Below, one piece after another: positions 8,281 to 19,491 of a stretch of 64,000 nucleotides of DNA. The stretch's first letter is position 1; the number at the start of each line of letters is the position of its first letter. The DNA comes from Cyanidioschyzon merolae (Eukaryota), in the NCBI GenBank assembly GCA_000091205.1, contig AP006491.2, one strand, 5' to 3'. The notes under the pieces are model-generated. The model was given only the letters and a program-made list of their open reading frames with translations. It did no database searches and was not told where the DNA came from. A program made the translations under genes and the position numbers.

Positions 8281-10780
8281 TCAGCCTCCGACCCAGTCTC
8301 GAGAGCAAAACTGGTCTCAGGTCTCGAGCACTGTCGTCGAAGTTGCCCACACAGTGGACGTTCACGTTCAACCCGTGTGCTTCGTCGATCTGAGCGAGGA
8401 AATTCACGCCTTCGCGCAGCTAGAAAAGTTTGCGAAGTGTGAATCATCCGAAGTTATCATAGATCTTAATGTCCGAAATACACATCAAGCTGTTGGGGCC
8501 CTCGTTCGCTGTCTGGAGGAGCGCGGAAAGTTGCCAGCTCACTCCGGAGACTTGCTACGGCGGCAGCTCCTTGGCGCAGAGCCACCGTCACTCTTTCAAC
8601 TTGCACAGCAGGGGCTTCATATGTCTAGTGGGGGAGACGTACTCGGCCACGCTTCTGGATACTGGACACATAGCATACAGGGGCCCTCTTTTATTATTGG
8701 GTATACCGAAACCCCTTTGTTGCTTAGTGACGAGGAAGCAGTAGCAGTTGCACGGCTCGCACACCCGCTCAACGCTGGGGCACTCAACAACTCGCTGACA
8801 CGCTTCCTAGTACTTGTACTGACGCTTGCGCACGATACACCCCAGGTTCGCCGGGCGTCCGAAATGGCACGCGTTTTCGCTTCGCTTTTCGCAGATGAAG
8901 TATTCTACGACGAAGCTGTCGAGGCGTCCGATAGAGCTTCTTTCCTGGAGGCTATCCATCGTTTCCTTGAACGGCAACGGGACGCTGCACGAGAACGCGA
9001 AGCGCTGCATCGAAGCGTTCGATTGGCGACAGCAGCCACGGTGACTTTCTTCGATGATGATAATCATGTTGATGGTGATGGCGTTGCGGAGTATCTTGGT
9101 GGTACAGATGGCGGTACCCTTTCTGGGTGCAGAACAAAAGATGTGACTATTAACGACAATTTTGGTATCATGAACGCTCGCCTCGACCGATACTTCAAAG
9201 CACAAGGATATTCGAATCTGGATACGGTGCCACGCTGGAAGTACTGGTTGGCGCTGTTCTTTCGCTTTCCGGGGGTATTGATGGCTGCAGATCTTCGCCG
9301 CCGTCTACCCCATTATCGATCCGACTGGACAGCGGAATGGAACAAGATTCACGCTCTCGGAAAGTATTTCTTCGCGAGTATTTTTCTCATATTTACAGTC
9401 ACGTTGCCTGCGATTGTTTTCGGCGTTATAGCGAGTCGCACGACTCACGGAGAGATTGGTGTCATCGAGTGTCTGTTTGCCCAGGGTGTACTGGGCATTG
9501 GTTTTGCGTTCTTCAGCGCCCAGCCGCTGATGGTGAATATGGTCACTGGTCCCACCATCGTCTACATTCAAGTGCTCTATCGCTGGTCCCAGAGGCTCGG
9601 GTTCGCATTTCTCCCCTTTTTCGGATGGACGGGTATTTGGATGGGCATTTTTGTGATGTCGTATGCGATCATGAATACGTCAACACTCATACCGTACCTT
9701 GGCCGATTCACTGATGAGATTTTCCAAACCTTTATTGGAATCATTTTTATTCAATATTGGTTTACGGAATTTGTCCGAGTTACGCACACCGGTTACGAAC
9801 AGGTCCTTTTATTCTTGGTGCTTTCTCTGGGAACGCTTCTGCTTGCGTTACTTCTGGTGTCTGTACGAGGCAGTTTCCTGCTACGCCCCATACTGCGATC
9901 CATTCTGGGGGACATCGGCCCCGCTCTCTCTGTTTTCATTTGGACCGGTCTGTCGTACGCGTTCGATCCGATTGATGTGCCTCGTCTGCAGATACCGGGC
10001 TCTGTTGGTTACAGCACAACGACTGGACGACCGTGGATTGTCCCCCTAGGAAGTCTATCCGTCGGCTATGTATTTTTGGCCATCGTTCCCGGCTGGCTGC
10101 TCTCGCTCATCGTCTACATTGATCAACAGGTGTGTACTTATATCGTGGAACGACCGGAAAATCGCTTGCGCAAAGGCACTGGGTACAGTTGGAATCTTTT
10201 TGTGACTGGCGCTCTTGCCGTTCTTGCCTCGATTCTCGGCATACCTTGGATGTATGCAGGGCTGCCACACTCGCTTTTGCACGTTTATGCACTTGCTGAA
10301 ATTGAGGACATAGAGCTCATGGGAAGACGATGGATACGTGTTCTTCGTGCGCGGGAGGTGCGCATTGCTGCACTAAGCGCTTACCTCTTTGCCTTGTTGA
10401 TCATTCTGGCCAAACCAGCTCTAGATCAGCTGCCGATCTATGTGTTGTACGGCTTTATTCTGTACATGGGTGCAGCTTCATTTCTGAACAACCCTCTCTG
10501 GGATCGATTCGTTCTCTTGTTTACGCAGCCAACCAAGTACCCACCGACACATTATGTTCGACGTGTCCCCATGAGTCACCTGCACCTCTACACCTCTGTT
10601 CAGGTAATCCTTACAGTCGTTCTCTTTTTTGTCGCGGTCAATTTTTATCGAGGTGCAACTCTATTCAATACTGGCCTCATCTTTCCATTGGTCCTGTTCC
10701 TTTTCGTCCCATTCAAGTGGATGGTGTTGTATCGCTGGTTTCCGCGACGTGAGCTGCGCGTGCTTGAAAATCAGCTTTAG
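8267..10780 (+). CDS. SLC4/Band-3 family anion exchanger (bicarbonate transporter-like)
   Basis: An 837-aa ORF. FSAQPLMVNMVTGPTIVY matches the GQPLLV..SGP..VF motif. FTDEIFQTFIGIIFI matches YTQEIFSFLISLIFI of AE1. There are 10 or more hydrophobic segments after a hydrophilic N-terminal domain of about 330 aa. The ATG at 8267 lies inside the conserved 3' tail of element copy A. Confidence 0.85.
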   Translation: MSSADQPPTQSREQNWSQVSSTVVEVAHTVDVHVQPVCFVDLSEEIHAFAQLEKFAKCESSEVIIDLNVRNTHQAVGALVRCLEERGKLPAHSGDLLRRQLLGAEPPSLFQLAQQGLHMSSGGDVLGHASGYWTHSIQGPSFIIGYTETPLLLSDEEAVAVARLAHPLNAGALNNSLTRFLVLVLTLAHDTPQVRRASEMARVFASLFADEVFYDEAVEASDRASFLEAIHRFLERQRDAAREREALHRSVRLATAATVTFFDDDNHVDGDGVAEYLGGTDGGTLSGCRTKDVTINDNFGIMNARLDRYFKAQGYSNLDTVPRWKYWLALFFRFPGVLMAADLRRRLPHYRSDWTAEWNKIHALGKYFFASIFLIFTVTLPAIVFGVIASRTTHGEIGVIECLFAQGVLGIGFAFFSAQPLMVNMVTGPTIVYIQVLYRWSQRLGFAFLPFFGWTGIWMGIFVMSYAIMNTSTLIPYLGRFTDEIFQTFIGIIFIQYWFTEFVRVTHTGYEQVLLFLVLSLGTLLLALLLVSVRGSFLLRPILRSILGDIGPALSVFIWTGLSYAFDPIDVPRLQIPGSVGYSTTTGRPWIVPLGSLSVGYVFLAIVPGWLLSLIVYIDQQVCTYIVERPENRLRKGTGYSWNLFVTGALAVLASILGIPWMYAGLPHSLLHVYALAEIEDIELMGRRWIRVLRAREVRIAALSAYLFALLIILAKPALDQLPIYVLYGFILYMGAASFLNNPLWDRFVLLFTQPTKYPPTHYVRRVPMSHLHLYTSVQVILTVVLFFVAVNFYRGATLFNTGLIFPLVLFLFVPFKWMVLYRWFPRRELRVLENQL

Positions 10781-12451
10781 ATGGAAATTTCTGATCGAGT
10801 CTTGGGAGTTTTCCAGTAAAATTGGCCATCGCAGATTGATAGATAGACTGTAGAGTCGGAAATCGTGTTTACATTTCATCGAAGCGCAAATTGCTGGGGC
10901 AGGCATGTATCAGCAGAGGCCCTTTTTGCGAGTACGGGAGGTAGGTGCTTTCCTGATGCGAGGCCGAGATCTCGAGTCCAAAGTGATCCGCTGATGCTTG
11001 CTTTTCCAGAGGTAGAGACTCCCTTTGCCGGAACTGGTCGTGATTTGTACCCACAACCGGTACGGAAGGCACGTCAGTGAAGAGATTCGCTACGACTATA
11101 CGCGGTATCATACGATTATGCTGCGGAGATCTCGGATACGAGAGCCGAAATACAACACGTGGCGCTGATAAAAACAACCCGCTTGATTGCATGCGACTTG
11201 TTGGACATTCGGGAACAAGGCGGTTCATTTTGGAACGCCCATGCCAGCATACCTTCTTTGTTTATGTTTGTTATTCTCGCTGGTATTCGCGAATCGACCG
11301 TGTCGCATAGATTGGAAATGAGCCGTGGAAAGAGTACATGCTGTTATCATCGGACAACGTCATACGAGATTACAAGTGAAACACAGTGATTCTAGGGTCA
11401 TCAAACGGATGAACGAGTTTTTCGTTGTACTTATCTTGACCCTCCTACACCCAAAACTAAACACAGAAATATCGCCTACAAGACTGTGTCCGGGTTCATC
11501 CTTTTCTTTGCATGCGACCTCGAAGAGAGACTACAATCACCTACAGGGTGTGAATGGTCCACATCGTTGATTCGGACAGCGATCAAGGGACACAGACGGA
11601 CAGAAGTAAGGCATTATTTATTGCAGACCGCCACGCTCCGAACAGGGCAAAATCGAATTCATACTCAAACGCACGCGTATCTCTCGGGAGAAAGAGGTAT
11701 GGATCTCGAATGGTGAAGTTCTAGTCAAGAGAAATACTATTCTTGAATATGGGTACTCGGAGGTTAAGCGTAAACCCCTGATCGTAAAAGAGACAGCGCG
11801 CAACCTGACAACATCGGTCTTACCAGTTTCCAAGTACATCGTGTGCTGGGAATCGCGGAACTTGCAGCATAACTCAATGACACATGTTCCTTCCGAGTAC
11901 TTCGCAATGCCTCCTTCACAAAACCATAGAACCCGATCGTCGATGACGTCGGTCTCCATCACATAGAAGCGGACGGAAAATACGCAGCTGATATTGGCAG
12001 CTGTTGCTATTTGGTCCTTCCCATTCTATCTGGACAAAATCAGCAACTGGGATCTTCTCTGCAGTCAGACGATGATCGTGTATACACAGATCACTTAGAG
12101 AGTTGTTCGAGTTCGTGAAATTGAACTTCTTTGATAAAACCTTCCTCGACATATCGGTGACCTACTTTACCAGCTCATAGCCACCGTCATCTTCCTCGTA
12201 CATATGAAGGAGGAGGAAGAAAGGCGAGCGCCAAACTGTAGGCGTGCTCGCGACGGCAAGACTGGATTGATTTACTAGAAGAAGTAACTTTCGTCGCACG
12301 GTCCATCCCGCACAAACGACTCCTTTTGGAAACAAATGCATCCACAGTAAGCTGGCCACTGCCAAGCACTCCTTCGGTGTGGATGAAAAACGGTGTAACG
12401 GGAAGGATGAGAAGCAACGGGAAAGAAAGGAAGAGAATCCTCCAGGAAGAC

Positions 12452-13660
12452 GACCAAGGAGGACTTGGGGCAAAAGCTGTCGGAGCGGAAACATCTTTCA
12501 GGAACCATCGTCAAGGCCTCCGTCCTACAAATTACCATCAGGAATAATCTCCCACACAACGAAATGCTCAACATCGTTCCCGATCGCGTGGCTTCCGTCT
12601 CGACGCAAGGTAAACCCAGTTTCCCGCTCCACGATGCATGTCGCCGAGCAGGTGTTCGTACCAGTCTCGGACGCAGAGCTGCTAGCAGCCGGGATTCCTC
12701 GGGAGCTTTTCGATCTCGGCTTTGTGCCATAACACAATGGATGCTCGGGACGGAAGACGCAGTGCGGTCCGAGTACAGGATCAGGGAGATACGCGCACAC
12801 ACACACATTACCCAGACTTGGTTGACGCTTCACTGCACAATGTTGACGATCGGAACATCTGCACTGCAGGCGGCCATAACACTATCAAACCGACCACTGC
12901 AATCAAGTCCATACGCCTGCCAAATGACGAGCGCTCCATGCAGCGCACCCTGTAGGCGTTCTATTCTCACGCTGGCGGCCCCGGTGAGTTGGTACTGACA
13001 CCAAAAAAGAATCTTCGCCTCTGCGCATACACGAGCGTCCATATCGCCCAGGCGGACAATCCGTGGCACGAATCCATGCGACAGTGGTGGTGCTGCCAAA
13101 AGATTCCATTCGACGGAGGCAGGTCTCTTGCATTCACCAACTTGTCCAATGCACTGAAAAGATAAGTGACCGAAAAGCCGTTTTGTTTTCCGGTGGTAAC
13201 CCGCGTCGCTGGACGTTCTGTGGCGAGCCATGGAGACGCCCATGTCCCTTCGACGAACGCACGCCGCAAGTGCATTGCTCCATGCCGAACGAATCCCATC
13301 GATGCATCCAGGGCGCCATCCAGGTATGTTGAGCACGGGCGCGCATGCACGAAGCTACAGAAGAAGGGCTTGAAATACATCCAGATGAACGAGATGGCGT
13401 GCGTCTCGCTGACTTGACGGAGATACGGATGCCTCGATCGGCATCCGAAAAGGACCCCTGCGATTCGGGAGCGTCCATCGTTTCTTTTTTTCTGCCGGAG
13501 GATATTTCCAGTTGATCTATTGACGACGCAGTGCGCCGTTGTTCGGCAGAGCGGAATGCTTCTGATCCAAAGAAATCAATGCCAAAGATACAACGCATTT
13601 GATTCCGGTCTGGAGAAATGCACTGGTATTGTATGAGCTGCAACCCAGGAGGTCTTGAGC
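12452..13660. repeat. Dispersed repeat, copy 1 of 2 (about 1.2 kb; second copy at 47486-48700, direct orientation, roughly 97 percent identical by eye)
   Basis: The ORF-track proteins are near-identical, 12465 MGQKLSERKHLSG... and 47509 MGQKLSERKHLSG.... The nucleotide match runs from cgaccaaggaggacttgg to tgtatgagctgcaacccag. An internal (CA)n is present. No recognisable domain. Confidence 0.8.
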
Positions 13661-14967
13661 GCCGTACGTTTGCACTGGAAGTAATGCTTCCAGGCAAAAA
13701 GTAGAAGATATTGCTGTCCTATGGTTCGCTATTATTGACTAGTAAGTAAGAGCAGTACGGCTTCATTTGATCCAAAAGTGAAATCGACCACCGATAGGAT
13801 TGTGACAAGCGTCAATTGAGACGAAGAGCGCTCCTATAGCACGATAGACTCTATGACAGTTGCTACATAACAAACACGGATGCTCCTGCATTCAGCGTAT
13901 ATGTCGTGCAACTCCATGCTTCAATGTGTCCAGTCATGGTCGGCCGTTTGCGAGCGTGACAGTCCACGTCCACTCAGAGAAGCAGTTCTCCTCGAGAGTC
14001 AACGTAGGCACAGCGTTGGGGTCCACCTGATAGTAGCGTCTCACAACTGATACCAGCGTGATTAGGTGGCTTAACGGCACGATACGTTTATCCTAAAAAA
14101 TAAAACATCCCAGCAATACGACAGTCAGTGCATTGCTTTCTTCGGGAAGACGACTCGTCTATTGTTAGGCAACGTTGCGGTACGACACGCATCTCACCGG
14201 ACACGTAGGAGAAGGCGTATATCAGCAAGAGGGATCCTACTCGTCCCCCAGTATCCATTCGCATTCCAGAATGCTATCGGAAAGAAGGAACCGACGAGCG
14301 CCGCCGATCACACTGCTGGAGTATCACAGGGGCATATCATACTAGGTGTCCCTATTACGGCAATAAGCTCCTGAGCAAACCTTCTGCAACCATAACACAA
14401 ATTCTGAAATGCTCTCCCTATTTTGGATGACGTCCGAAGGCTCTATCCGTAACGTCCAGGATGGCACCTGTGCCTGAAACTCGCCCTGCTCCACCTACTG
14501 AGCGCACGTGGACCTGAAGGCGCACAGGAAAGAGCACCATACGCATCTGCTGCCTACATTGCCGAGTGAATCGTAAGACACCACGACCAAGAAAAGCGTT
14601 TATACACAGTACGCACCAACGCATGCCATCCCCCTCTGATCCGTCTGGAGTTGCCGGACGCACGCTTCACAGTCGCAACTAGCCGGCTGTCCCATGAGCG
14701 AGGTTCAGCTACAGATCCACCCATAACAGATTCGATGTCCCTGCTCGCCTCCTAACGTCCGACACTGCTCCCAGAAGCGAAGCGCCTCATTCGCACAAAC
14801 GCGTGCTTAAACGGCAACGTCCCTACCGTACGCAAGAACCGCGCCCGTACAACCCGCATCACTTGAACTGAAGCAGCGATACCTACAGTTCCCGATGCGT
14901 ACAGCGCTCGTCACGCCCGGGGCGCTTGGCGATGTGGCTTGCAGGGCAGAGAGCGTGGGCGAGCGCG

Positions 14968-17535
14968 CCTGGGAAATCGCGCAGTCAACTGACACGATGC
15001 GCGTGCCGCCGATGAAGGGAAACGTTGTCGTGATCAGTTACGTGTTGTTCTGCTGTAAACATCGGATTTCTGTTGAGGCCATAGCAAAATACAGTCTTTC
15101 GGTTCGGTTTTGTTTCAAACTTCAACCAAGTCTAGTAAAGTGCTTTCTCGCAGCATATAACAGAAGCGTTCATTGAGGGTTCTTTAAAAAACGAAAAACG
15201 GAAAGCTATGAAAAACCAGTCGACGATCCTGGAGGGCTAGGGTCGCCAGCCGCTAGAGACAAACAAAAAGCAGTGCCGAGTCCAGAAGAAAAGGAAGAAA
15301 AGAAGAACCGAAAGCGGGAGGCCCTACGTCGGAGGCGGCAAGAAACATGACTGTAGAACGAGATGGAGGTGAAAACCTTTCTTCTTGGACGTATAAAGGA
15401 TCCCTACAGGGAAAAGTTGCGAGAATCTATCGAAAAACGTGTCGACTCGTACTCCAAGAGTATTGTCAATGCGTCGTCAGGACTGATGCATATGGCGAGG
15501 GAGATGTATCGCGACGTAACGCACATCGAAACGGTCGAGATTCCAGACGAGTTTTTCGACAAGACGTTTATTCGTCACTTGATGCTTGGCACACAGAATG
15601 CACGGATGGAAAATGAGCGAATGCATGCCCTCCACGAAAAACATCCCTTTTACAGCTTCAATGGTACTCGATACAAGGGTGACCGGGATGTTTACGACTA
15701 TGGGGCGATGAAGTACCTCACGAACCTGAAGAACCATTTGACAGAGAACCTCGAACGTTCCATGATACGCGCCGTGGTTGCACTCCACCCGGGCCTGTCT
15801 CGCCAAGGAAAATGGGCGATTATCATAGGCATCACCAAAGATCGCAAGCATGAAGATGAGATCGAACTCGTCGACAAGAAGACATCACGTAAGAGAAAGA
15901 ATGAAGCTTCTGACATCCGTGCGGCCATACAAGAGTACCGTGCAGTCTTGGGGTTGGCAAATACGACAGACAAGATATCAGAGTTGAAAAAAGATAAGGA
16001 ATGATACTATCGCCTCATCCTGCGCTATTTTGTGTTTCTGGACCGAGAACTCGAACGCAAGGCAGAGGCGAGGCTGAGTGGGGAAAAAATGAAGAGTGGG
16101 AGAGACGGAAGCCTTTCCTAATGGGTAAGCGCTTCGACGTGGTTCCAATGTGCAAGATCAAGTCACATTTGTGACTATCGTCTCCGGCGTCCTTTACGGC
16201 ATCATGAAGGAGATCAGTCCGGAGTTCAGCGTTAACAGGGAGGAATTCACCTGTGAAAACCGGGAGACGTACTGGAAGAATATCCTCAATTTCAAACGTC
16301 TCAAAGTCAGCGCGAAAAAGAAATTCACTGGGATGCTCGAAACCGATGGAGCAACCATTTGTGTACACTATCGGCGGTTAAAGAAAGATCGTCCAGTCCC
16401 GCCCTCGGCTGAGTTCTCTGCGAAACATGAAGAAAACAAAGAAGCGAATCCTGAGACGCACAAATTGCAGGATGACGACCTTGTCGTTGGCGCGGTGAGG
16501 CATGAAGAATAGAAGGAGGCAGATCTTGCGACGCAGGAGGTGCAGGATAACGAACTTGTCGTTCCTGCGGACCCGGGGAATACAAATATCATAACCATCG
16601 TTGTGCCCAAGCATGCGGAAGATGGTACTGACGGCAACTTACGTCAGAAAGACACGCGTGTGTTGAGATTCTCGAGAGCGAGAAATTATCGAGAATCCGG
16701 TATAATGAATGCGAGGAAGAAAATCGAGACTTGGGATGCAGGAATGAAGGATCAAATGGAAGCTTTGAGCGAGTTGACTAGCCGACGAACGGACGTTGAA
16801 GCTTTTCGGAAATTCATGGAAGTTCGCATTGCGCATTGGGATGCGCGGTGGGAGGAGTATACAAAGCCCCGGTGGGCTCGTCTGCGTATGAATTTCTACT
16901 GTGGCAATCAGCGGGCGTTCGCGAATTTTTTTTAATAAGTTGAGCGCCTTGAAGGAGAATGAAAGTCAGAGGCTCGTAGTAGCGTACGGAGCAGGACGTT
17001 GGGCGTCGAGAAAAGGGACTACACCAGCTCCAACGACAAGGGTGTACAAAGAGTTCGCAAGGCATTTCGTTACGATACCTGTATTTGAGTTCCGAACATC
17101 GTATACACACCATGAGCTGGGTTGTATACTCCAGAGAGTCGAGATGGAAAAGTGCCTGCGGAGTCCTGAAGATATACAAAAGCACGTACCGCTGACGGAG
17201 GTGCAACTGGAAAGGAGGGCGAAAGTGCGAGGGCCTCTCGCATTAGTAAGTACAGCCAATGATGGCAAGAAACGTATGGAGTGTGTGAACCCAGATTTTA
17301 ATGCCGCTATCAATACAGGAAAAAGTGCGGTGCTGGAGAAAAGATCTCCAGAGTGGACAAGAGGGAACTTTATTGGACAACCTCTCAAAGTTGCACTATA
17401 TAAGAAGAAGTTGTAAGCAGTACTAGGTGACCGGTCCAAAAAGAAGGGGTGGCGTCTGCCCTTACTTGGAGATGTTTCGTCTAGGGCGCGGTTACAGCCA
17501 CTACTCTACAGCTGGCGACAGCGTTTTTTCTTTTG
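14968..17535 (+). mobile_element. Copy B of the TnpB/Fanzor-like repeated element
   Basis: Same 5' boundary and leader, with the TATA-like box at 15154. The N-terminal ORF 15363-16004 is uninterrupted over 213 aa. The conserved 3' tail is more diverged. Confidence 0.8.
15363..17416 (+). pseudogene. TnpB/Fanzor-like nuclease homolog, copy B (nonsense at KDKE*, frameshifts, RuvC-III NRD changed to NPD)
   Basis: TGA replaces TGG at about 16003. RuvC-I is [16 protein letters not shown]. The TS block is IPVFEFRTSYTHHELGC. RuvC-III is VNPDFNAAINTGK. Confidence 0.7.
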
Positions 17536-19491
17536 AAAGGTGTTTCTTTCCAGGGGTGCGTCCGCCAAGCGACACTATCCAACTGGAAGCCCGCAAGCAC
17601 CAGCAACGTCCTCTGTAGAGCGCAATCACGAAACCTGCACAGGATCACACGTGGGCGGTACCAGCTTCGCTGTCAATGCTCCTCGAGAAAATGCTCTGCA
17701 GCGGGATATAACGCGCTGCCTGGCCGAACTGTAGGCCGAAGCTCACCAGCCCGTTTCCGTGACTATAATATATCGTATCGAGGTTTCGCGTCGTAGCGCT
17801 TTGTATACCGACGGTTAAATAGAGTGTGGAGGCAAACGACGAACGCTTATCTCGCACGTACGCAGCACAAGTTAAACTAACTCAGACGATACCGCTTGCA
17901 GACGATTCGACGGCGCCTGGCTCATCACTGTGCAATTCGTCGTGGCAGACCCCTCTGACGCTCGGAGTACTTTGGTCGGCAAAGATATTGGCTAAAGAGG
18001 TTTGTGTACTTGCTGCTGGGAACTCCTTCTGTTCCAGGCCTGGTACGAGCGCCAACTCCGGGAGATCGTTTACGAGCATCCAACTTTGCCGGACGTTGGT
18101 GATGCGGGCGGGCGGTGGTAGCAAGTCGAGGCGCTAGCGCCGCGCTTCTAAGGCGTCACGAGCGAGCAAGCAGTGAAGCTTCGAAGTATACGGTGCCACG
18201 TACGGCAAAGAGCGTTGTCCCCCACGTAATCCTGACCGTTTATCTTACGCAAACGCGTCGGTAACCATTCCTTGCTTTCCCAACATTGAATCTATCAACT
18301 GTTTCACCTGTGCGCACTACTTGTTCACGAACTTAGAGTGAAATCCGCCTCGCACGAAGCCATTCGGATGAACCATGCTACCTGTGCTCCGCCAGCGATG
18401 AGGACGCGGGTCTGCGCTCATCCGTCGTGTTTTGTACTAGCTGAAGGACTTCAATAGTACCAGTGCATGAGAGCATTGACAGCAAGTCTGAGAATACGTC
18501 GCCACCGCAGTGCAAGCACGGTACAAGCACACACGCACATGAAACCGCTACTATATCCATCTCTCTCGGAGCAAGCATCATCGGCCGAGTCACTATTTCG
18601 ATCGATCTAATAGTTCACATCTTCTACGGTTTCCATTCCACACAGGATTCACATTTCGATATTCTGTTTGCTGCTTATTTTAGCAACGCAACAGAACAAG
18701 TCGCTGTCGCAGAATAGCCCCAATCTGACCACTGCGCATCTGGTTCGGTCGCTGACGTTCCCTCACGGACGCAAAGCGGAACTATGGCAACAATGTGTAT
18801 CGAATGCTACAAAGAAAGCGGATATACACGGAGAGCAGCTCGAAAGGTGCGAAACGAAGCATACAGACTGCGAGTTTTTCCAAGCTCCATCATGAATGTG
18901 GCATTTGCTAAAAGAACCTCCCCAATACCGTGACATTGTAAACGGAGCGCACCGTTCCAGTACAGAGCAATTTCCATTCCCGTGTTCACCGAAATGGAAC
19001 GATGCCTGGCGGATCCACTCCGCTGCAAACAGTATTTGCGGAAGGCCAAAGCTTCAGCGATAAGGTGCACTTTGAAACGCGCCTGAAGCAGATGTAGTTC
19101 TGTGTACGTGTAATTGATGCGCTGCGTGTATTAGCACCAATAGTGCTGCTCGAAAAGCCCTTGATAAGAAGGTAACGGGCAAAACTTTTCGTTCCAAGTC
19201 ACTCGACAGCTGGCGTGTATTGCGAGGTGAGGTCACTCACCGGTTCAGAAGTAATAGTACGCGAGCGTGTGTTTCAGTGCTGCTGCCGCTTATTCCACCA
19301 GATGACTCGAGACCTGCTACATAAAAGTCATGAGTTCCGTGCATCAGCCACGTCCACACTGCGGCTGAATTGCCCAGAGTGCACTTAACACCATCGAGGA
19401 GCGCTTTTGCAGAGCGTCCTGCCTCCCATGCATGGATCCCTTGACTGGGGCGTTCTGAGCACCTTCAGCCGATAGGCTATTCTTGAAAAGA

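Noticed and set aside
12275-12808. 177-aa and 208-aa minus-strand ORFs at the edges of the two 1.2-kb dispersed repeat copies
   Set aside because: They have no domain support, are Arg/Ser-rich, and their extent differs between the two copies. They were treated as non-coding.
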